Below, piece after piece: positions 47,046 through 55,866 of a DNA stretch of 64,000 nucleotides. Position 1 is the stretch's first letter; each line of letters begins with the position of its first letter. The notes beneath the pieces were generated by a model, which was given only the letters and a program-made list of their open reading frames with translations, was not told the origin of the DNA and made no database searches. A program made the position numbers and the translations under genes. Source of the DNA: Prorocentrum cordatum (Eukaryota); contig CAUYUJ010000050.1 in the NCBI GenBank assembly GCA_963575745.1, forward strand, positions 1 through 64,000. The letters run 5' to 3'.

Positions 47046-50000
47046 ATATATATACATGTATATATTACACACGGAAACGAACAATGGAGGAGGGAGCAGG
47101 AGGAGGAGGAGGAGGAGGAGGAGAAAGGAGGAGGAGGAGGAGCAGGAGGAGGAAGAGGAGGAGGAGGAGGAGGAGGAGGAGGAGCAGGAGAGAGAACGCC
47201 ACATGCTATTGCATTAGGTCTGGGCAACGGAAAAAGGAGGAGGACGAGGAGGAGAAGGAGGAAGACGAGGAGGAGGAGCAGGAAGAGGAGGAGGAGGAGG
47301 AGGAGGAGGAGGAGGAGGAGGAGGAGGAGGAGGAGGAGGGAGAGGAGAGGAGGAGGCGGAGGAGGAGGAGGACGAGGAGGAGCCTGCCTCCCTCCCTGGA
47401 GGACGAGGAGGAGGAGGAGGAGGGCGGATAAGGCAGGAGAAAGGGGAAAGAGGAGGAGGGTGGGTATTCGTTTCTCCCCTCCCCTCCTCCTGCACCCCTC
47501 CCTCTCCTCAGCTCCCCATCCCTCCCTATCCTCATCCCTCCCCTCCCCTCAGCTCGCCCTGCACCAGATTTAGCATGCTGCCTCATCAGACAATTCCATT
47601 ACAACGAACATTTCAGCCAGTTCTCGCATTCACGCGATCATTAGGAGCCGGTCGGATCGAAAGATGTCGACTCGTAGAGCGAAGGGGAGGTCATCTGGAT
47701 CATGCAGGGGCTGAGACGTTGGTGACGCCAGCAACTGTTGGCGATGAGGGCCCACACGACGTCAACCACCAAACGGCTCGCTCGTTGGAGGGTCGTCGGC
47801 GCGCCGAATGGGGAAGTGAGAGGGGGCAGGCCGTTCCCAGCAGGCGGGCGGGGCTTCCCGAAGCACTTCGGCCTTCCGAGGAAGGCCGAGGAAGGACGAG
47901 GAAGCTTCCGGAGTTGGGGAGGAGTTGGGAATTGGGGAGGTTCCCACAAAGGAAAAAGGAGGAGCTGGTTTGGAGCTGGACTTGGGGAGATCCTACAACA
48001 GAAAAAGGAGGAGCTGGGGAGGATTTGGAACCCCGGGGGATTCTACAAAGGAGCAGGGCGGAGCTGGGGAGGATTTTTGGGGAGTTCTTAGACAGGATTC
48101 CCAAAACGGAGCCAGGGAGAGTTCTGCAACGGAAGGAGAAGCCGAGGACGCTTCCGAGCGGCGCTCCGCGGCCCCGCGCGCCGGCCGAGGAGGCTCCTCC
48201 GAGGGCCGGCGGCCTCGGAGCCTCCCGGGGCCGCCCGCCACCCGTCGCCCGCCCTCGCCCCCGGGGCGCGCCCGCCGCCTGGAGAGGCGGCGGCCAGGGG
48301 CTCTGTTCGGGGAAGCGCAGGGCTCGAGTTCGCTGGGGGGAGGAGGAGTGAGGAGGAGGAGTGTGGAGGAGGAGGAGGAGGAGGAGGAGGAGGAGGAGGA
48401 GGAGGAGGAGGAGGAGGAGGAGAGGAGAGGAGGAGGAGGAGAGGAGGAGGAGGAGGAGGAGGAGGAGGAGGAGGAGGAGGAGGAGGAGGAGGAGTGAGGA
48501 GGAGGAGTGTGGAGGAGGAGGAGGAGGAGGGAGGAGGAGGAGGAGGAGGAGGGGGAGGAGGAGAGCTTGGGCTGACCGCTGTCGCGTTACGGGCCCGTTG
48601 GGAAGCTCGACGGCCCACGTCTCGTGGAGTCTGTGCAGCGGGGGCTCGCGCCCCATGGCAGACCATGCCTCGTCGTTTGCCGGACGGCCCCGTGAGGCCA
48701 GCCGGAGTCTCCCGAACCCGGATCGCACGCCTCCCCGACTCGTCCGGGTCACGCCTGGCGCCCTCCACGCGGCTGCAGACGTGCCCGCCAGCGGCGGTGC
48801 CTCGCGAGCCAGGGCGCGTCACCCGCGGCTCGCCCACGGTGCCGCAGGGCCCCCGCCCTGCCTGCCTCGCTCGTGCTGCCGTCGCGAAGCGCTCTGGCAG
48901 GCAGTCGAGGGCCCTCCAGGTGCGCTCAGGCAGAGGAACGGTTCGAGTGGTCTCCAGGCCCGTTCACGATTCCCGTCCCCCATCCGCGTCCCCCCCCCTC
49001 CCCCCCTTTTCTCGCCACAGCGCCTCTCCACGCTCATGTCCACATCCCCCCCCCCCCCCGCGCACCTACGACCCTCCCCCAGACACACGCACTCTTCTCG
49101 CTTACACCCTCTCCATTCCCTCTCTTTCCCTTCTCCTCCCCGCCTGCCCTCCTCTTGCTGCCCAGCCTCCTTGCATGAATGTCCATTCTCCTTCGGAGGA
49201 GGCCGCAGGAGGAGGAGGAGGAGGAGGAGACCACATGAAGAGAAGGAGGCGACAGAGACCAGATGAGGCGGACATCGCAGGAACAGGAGGAGGATGCGAC
49301 TACATAATGATGATGACGATGATGAACTGTGATCGATCAGATCTATGTTATATGACGGATGCTAGATATTATGTGGTATACGATCAGCCATGATGACGAT
49401 GAAGATGGTGATAATGGTGATACTGATGCTGATATTTGGAAGAGCGTGTTCTACCGCTGCTGGCGGAAAACCACCCAGGGGGGGTCACTGGGGGTTCCCA
49501 ACCCGTCCCCCCCCCTCCAAAACCGGGGGGGGGTCACTACCGGTTCGAACCCAACCCCCCCTCGCCGCCGGCAAACGATTTTCGCTCCTTGGGACCGTTG
49601 GACAGTGATGGGGATACTGGGACAGTGGTGGGAATGGTGGTGGTGGGGACAATGGTGGGGGAACAGTGGGACAGTGGTGCGGACAGTGATGGGGACGGTG
49701 GTGGTGGGAACAGTGGTGAGGGGACAGCGGGACAGTGGTGGGGACAGTGGGACAGTGGTGGGGACTGTAGTGGTGGGGACAGTGGTGAAGGCAGTGGTGA
49801 GGACGGTGGTGGGACAGTAGTACAGTGGGGAGAGTGGTGGGGACAGTGGGACAGTGGAGGGGACAGTGGGGACAGTAGGACAGCACAGTGGGACAGCGGC
49901 GGGGACAGTGGGGACAGTGGGACAGTGATGGGAACAGTGGGGACAGTGGGGCAGTGTTGGGGACCGCGGGGACAGTGGGGAGAGTGGGACCGTGGTGTGA

Positions 50001-50927
50001 CAATAGTGGGGAGAGTGGGGACAGTGAGACACTGGGGACAGCGGGGACAAGGGTGGGAACAGCGGGGACAGTGGGACAGTGGGACAGTGGTGGGGACTGG
50101 GACAGTGGTGGGGACGGTGGTGGTGGGGGCCTTGGTGTGGGGACAGTGGGATTGTGGTGGGGACAGTGGGACAGTGTTGGGGACAGTGGTGGTGGGGAAA
50201 GTGGTGAGGGCGGTGGCGAGGACGGTGGTGGGACAATGGGACAGGTACAGTGGGGACAGTGGTGGGGACAGTGGTGGGAACAGTGGGACAGCTCAGTGGG
50301 ACAGCGGCGGGCGTGCTGGGAACAGTGGTGGGGACAGTGGTTGGGGCAGTGGTGGGGACAGTGGGGACGATGGTGGGAACAGTGGGGACAGTGGTGGTGA
50401 GGACAGTGGTGCTGGGGACAGCCGTGGGGGATGTGGTGCGCACTGTGATGGGGACCCGGGAGTCGTTTGCCGGCGGTGAATGGGGGGAGGGGGGGGGTTC
50501 GAACCGGTAGTGACCCTCCCCGGTTTTCTGGAGGGGTTGTGGGGGGGTTCGAATCGGTAGTGACCCCCCTCGGTTTTCCGGAGGGGGGGGGGAGGGGTTC
50601 GAACCAGTATAGTGACACCCCTTGGGTTTTGTGGAGGGGGTGGGGGGGGAGGGATTCGAACCGGTAGTGACCCCCCTCGGTTTTCCGGAGGGGGGGGGAG
50701 GGGTTCGAACCGGTAGTGACACCCTTTCGGTTTTCCGGAAAGGGGGGGGGGGAGGTTGGGGGGGAGGGGGATTTTCGGAGGGGGGGGGGAACCCCGGGTT
50801 CCAGAGGAACAGGGGGAATTTTCCACAGTAAAGCGGCTGTGGATCACGTTCTCTCTGATATTTCTGTTCATGCTGCTGCTGATGATATTGATGATGTTGC
50901 TGTTGCTGCTGCTGCTGCTGCTGCTGT

Positions 50928-50980
<53 letters not shown>

Positions 50981-51030
50981 CGAACGGTGACTAATCATTA
51001 TGATGATGATGCTGACGATGATGTTGATGT

Positions 51031-51073
<43 letters not shown>

Positions 51074-51497
51074 GATGGTTCTGATGCTGATGACGATGAT
51101 GATGGTGATGATGCTGATGATGATGCTGATACGGATGACATGACCTTGCGGATGATGATGTTGATGTTGATGATGATTATGATCATGTTCTGATGGTTAT
51201 GATTATGATGCTCAAGATGATACTGATCATGGTGATGGTGATGAAACTGTTGATGATGATGAGGGTGACGATGCTGAGTATGATGCTGTTGATGGTGATG
51301 GCTAGATGGTGGCGACGATGACGACGACTAAGATGATGAGGATGATGATGATGAGGAGGAGGAGGAGGAGGTTGATGATGATGAATATGATGATGATGGC
51401 GATGATGCTGTTGCTGGTGCTGATGCTGATCTTGTCGATGCTGGTGCTAATGCTGATGCTGATCATGATGATGAGGATGAGAAGAAGGAGCGGATGC

Positions 51498-51530
<33 letters not shown>

Positions 51531-51761
51531 CGATGATGATGCTGATGATGGTGATGATGATGAGGAGCAGGGCGACGACGACGACGATGCCGTTGATAAT
51601 GATGATGATGGTGGGGGCGACAATGATGATGCTGATGACGATGATGACAATGATTATGCTGCTGATGATGCTGATGCGAATGATGATGGAAACGACGATG
51701 ACGATCCTGATGTTGATAATGATGATGTTGATGATGGCGATGACGGTACTGTTGGTGATTC

Positions 51762-51801
<40 letters not shown>

Positions 51802-51839
51802 ACTGGTGATGGTAAGATTGATGATGATGATGATGTTGC

Positions 51840-51884
<45 letters not shown>

Positions 51885-51936
51885 CGTTGATGATGGTGAT
51901 GTTGCGGTTGTTGATGCTGATGTTGATGCTGCTGTT

Positions 51937-51967
<31 letters not shown>

Positions 51968-52151
51968 AGTGTGGTGCTGATGCTGCTGACGACGATGCTG
52001 ATGATGATGCTAATGGTGATGGTCATCGCGATACTGGTGTTGTCGATGATGCTGATGATGCTGCTGATCATGATGATGCAAATGATGATGCTGTGAGGGT
52101 GATCATGATGACAACGACGACAATGATGATGATGATGATGATGATGATGAC

Positions 52152-52206
<55 letters not shown>

Positions 52207-55200
52207 ATGATGACGAGGATGAGGATAAGGATGAGGATGAGGATGAGAGTGATGATGATTATGATGATGCTGATGATGTTGATGAAAAGCTGCTGCCGAT
52301 GACGATCGCCCATTGCGCTTCTGCTGCGCCCAGGGCCCCTGGGGATGTGCTCTCCTGGGGGAGGTCCCCGCGAGTCTTGGTGTCCTGGGCTGCAATTCGT
52401 CGGGGTGCTGGCCATCTACCTGGCGTCTGTCGAGGCCTGAAGCGGGCCCGCCGACCGCCCCCGCCGCCCGCTGTCCGACTCGGACGGCGGCGCCAAGCCT
52501 CGTGCGTCGTGCCTCCTCCTCTTCCTCCTCCTCATCCTCCTCCTCTCCTCGTCGTCGTCCTCCTCCTCCTCCTCCTCCTCTTCCGCCTGCTCATCCTCCT
52601 CCGCCTCCTTTTCCTCTCCTCGTCCTCCTCCTCCTCCTCTTCTTCCCCCTCCTCTTCCTCCTCCCTCCTCCTCCTCCTCCTCCTCCTCTCCTCCTCCTCC
52701 TCCTCCTCCTCCTCCTCCTCCTCTCCTCTCCTCTCCCCACTCCCCTCCTTCTCCTCCTCTTCCTCCCTCCTCCTCCCTCCTCCTCCTCCTCCTCCTCCTC
52801 CTCCTCCTCCTCCTCTCCTCCCTCCTCCTCCTCCTCCTCCTCCTCCTCATCATCATCATCATCATCATCATCCATCCCTTCTCCTTATAGATATCTCCTC
52901 CCTGTCACACCCTGAGGCCAGTTTTCAGGGTGGGCCGGGCGTTTCGCCTGAGATTTCCTCACCATTTTGACTCTGAAGCTTACAAAATGACAACAGCTTC
53001 ATAGACGGAGGGCGGGTCGTTTTCAACATGTGGTTTTCGCCTTAGCGCCGCGCGCATTCGCTTTAATCAAATTGCAAGAGTTTTCAATGTGGGTTTCGCC
53101 ATAGCGCCGCGCACAACATTCGGTTTTTCAAACTGAAGAGTTTCGCGAATTGAGGGCGGGCCGTTTTCAAAATGTGGTTCTCGCCTTAGCGCCGCGCCCA
53201 TTCGTTTTTGAATAATTTGCAAGAGCTTTATGGTTTGAGGGCGGGTGGTTATCAACATGTAGCTCTCGCCTTAGCGCCGCGCACATTCGTTTGGACTAAT
53301 TGCAAGAGTTTCACGGATTGAAGGGTGGTTCCTTTTCAACATGTGGCTCTCGCTTTAGCGCCCCGCACATACTTCTAAAACATTTGCAATAATTTCACGG
53401 ATTGATGGTGTTTCCTTTCCAAATTAGGCTCTCGCCTTCGCGCCGCGCACATTCGTTTACAACATTTGCAAGAGTTTCACAGATTCCCGTGATCAGCGTA
53501 CTAGAAATGGTGTTTTGGAAGGGTTCAGGATTGTGCGGGTGCAACAGTTATGTTGATTCGCAGTGTTGAAGTCCCACACATGGCGCTCTGGTAAGATTCC
53601 GGATCGTCAAGGCGCAGCAGTCAGGTTGATACGTGGCGTTGAAATCCCGAGCACGATGTTTTGGCATGTTTCAGGATCTTCAAACGGTTTTCTTCCAACG
53701 AGGCAGTTCCCACAATGGAACTGAACCGTTCTAGGGGGCCCATGAACAGGGAGGTTGGAGGGAGGGTTAATTCCAACATCGTTGATGACTCTTGGTTTTA
53801 CATGGTCTTCCTTTCCCTCCTCCTCCTTCTCCTCTCCTCCTCTTCCCCCTCCTCCTCCTCTTCTCTCTCCTTCTCCTCTCTCCGCCTCCTTTACCTCTCC
53901 TCTTCGTCGGTCGTCGTCGTCCTCCTCTCCTCCTCCTCCTCCTCCTCCTCCTCCTCCTCCTCCTCCTCCTCCTCCTCCTCCTCGTCGCCCTCTTCGTCCT
54001 CCTTCTGCTCCTGCTCCTTCTCCTTTCCCTCCCCCAGGCCCCAGGCCAGCCGCCTGCGCTCCGGTGTGCGCAGCCTCGGGGCCTTCTTCATCGGGTCGGT
54101 TCCGGGCCACGCGCTCGGCAGAGCCGCACAACCACCAGTCGGGATGGTGATTCGCAGCGAGTACCTGGCGCCCTGAGCCGCCTAGGCCAATGCTGTGTCA
54201 CGTTGTGGGCTTCGGCTCCAGCGTCGGGTGGCGGCGGTCTGGGTGGGGCTGCGCGGAGCCGCCGCAGTCCAGCCCAGCCCAGCCCAGCCCAGCCCAGCCC
54301 AGCCCAACCCTCCTCCTCTGGATCATGATGATGATGATGATCATGATGATGATGATGATGATGATGATGCTGGTGGTGTTGTTGATGATGATGGTGATTA
54401 TGATGACGATGATGATGATGATGATGATGATCATGATGATGATGATGATGATGATGTTGATGATGATAATGGTGATGATGGTGGTGGTGATGGTGATGAT
54501 GTTGTTGATGATGATGTTGATAATGATGATGGTGGTGGTGATGTTGTCATTGGTGATGATGATCGTGCTGCTTCTGCTGCTTCTGCTGCTTATGATGATG
54601 ATGATGGCGATGCTGATGTTGGTGCTGCTGGTGCTGACGAGTATGATGATGATGGCGATGTTGCTGACGATGGTGACGCTAGTGATGATACTGATGATGA
54701 TGATGTTGATGGTGATGATGTTGATATTTCTGGTGATGGTGATGATGACGGCGAAGCTGATGGTGATGATGCTGGTGGCGATGCTGCTGCTGATGGGGAC
54801 GTGGAAGGTATTGATGATGATGTACTGATGATGATGTTGTTGATGTTGATGTTGATGTTGATGATGTTGCTGCGTCTGGTGACGACGATGAGGATGGCGA
54901 TGGTACTGGTCATGCTTATGATGCCGATATGGTGGTGATGGTGGTGTTGATGGTGATAATGAGGATGATGATAAGGATGACGATGATGCTGGCGATGACG
55001 ATGATGGTGTTTATGATGTTGTTGATGGTAATACTGATGATGATTGCGGTGACGATGACAGTGATACTGATGATGACGACGACGAGTACGACGACGATGC
55101 TGATGCTGCCGATGATGCTGATCAGGATGCTGATGATGCTGATGATGGTGATACTGATTGTGATCATGATGAAGGTGATGCTGACGATGATTCTGATGAC

Positions 55201-55821
55201 GGTGATGCTGACGATGCTGACGATGACCATGACGATGGCGATGCTGACGATGATGCTGACCATGGTGGTGTTTATGATGATGTTGACCAGGATGCGGATG
55301 ACGATGATGAAGATAATGATGAGGCAGCGGATGCGGGTGATGATGAAGATGAGGGTACGGATGATGCTGAGGATGGTGATGTTGTTGGTGATGGTGATGA
55401 TGATGATGGCACTGCAAAGTATGATGATGATCCTGATGATGACATTGTTGATGATGTGGATTGGTGATGACGGTGATTTTGATTATGCTGCTGATGATGG
55501 TGGTGATAGTGGTGGTGATGATGATGCTGTTGATGATGATTCTGATGGTAGTGATCATGATGATGATGTTGATGATGCTGCTGATGCTGCTGCTGATGTT
55601 GATGATGATTATGATGCTGCTGCTGATGATGATGATTATGCTGATACCGATGATGATGGTTATGATGATGACGATGATGATGATGATGCTGATGCTGCTG
55701 ATGATGCTGCTGCTGATGATGACGATTATGCTGCTGCTGATGATGACGATGATGATGCTGATGCCGATGATGATGGTTATGATGATGGTTATGATGATGA
55801 TGATGCTGCTGATGATGATGC

Positions 55822-55866
<45 letters not shown>

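Noticed and set aside
50497..50720. GGTTCGAACC as tRNA T-loop/B-box
   Set aside because: No cloverleaf or A-box; part of subterminal transposon repeats
52330..52390. APGDVLSWGR (and 54140-54175 EYLAP) as extra PDE12-like exons
   Set aside because: The corresponding motifs are already supplied by better exons upstream, and these are out of order
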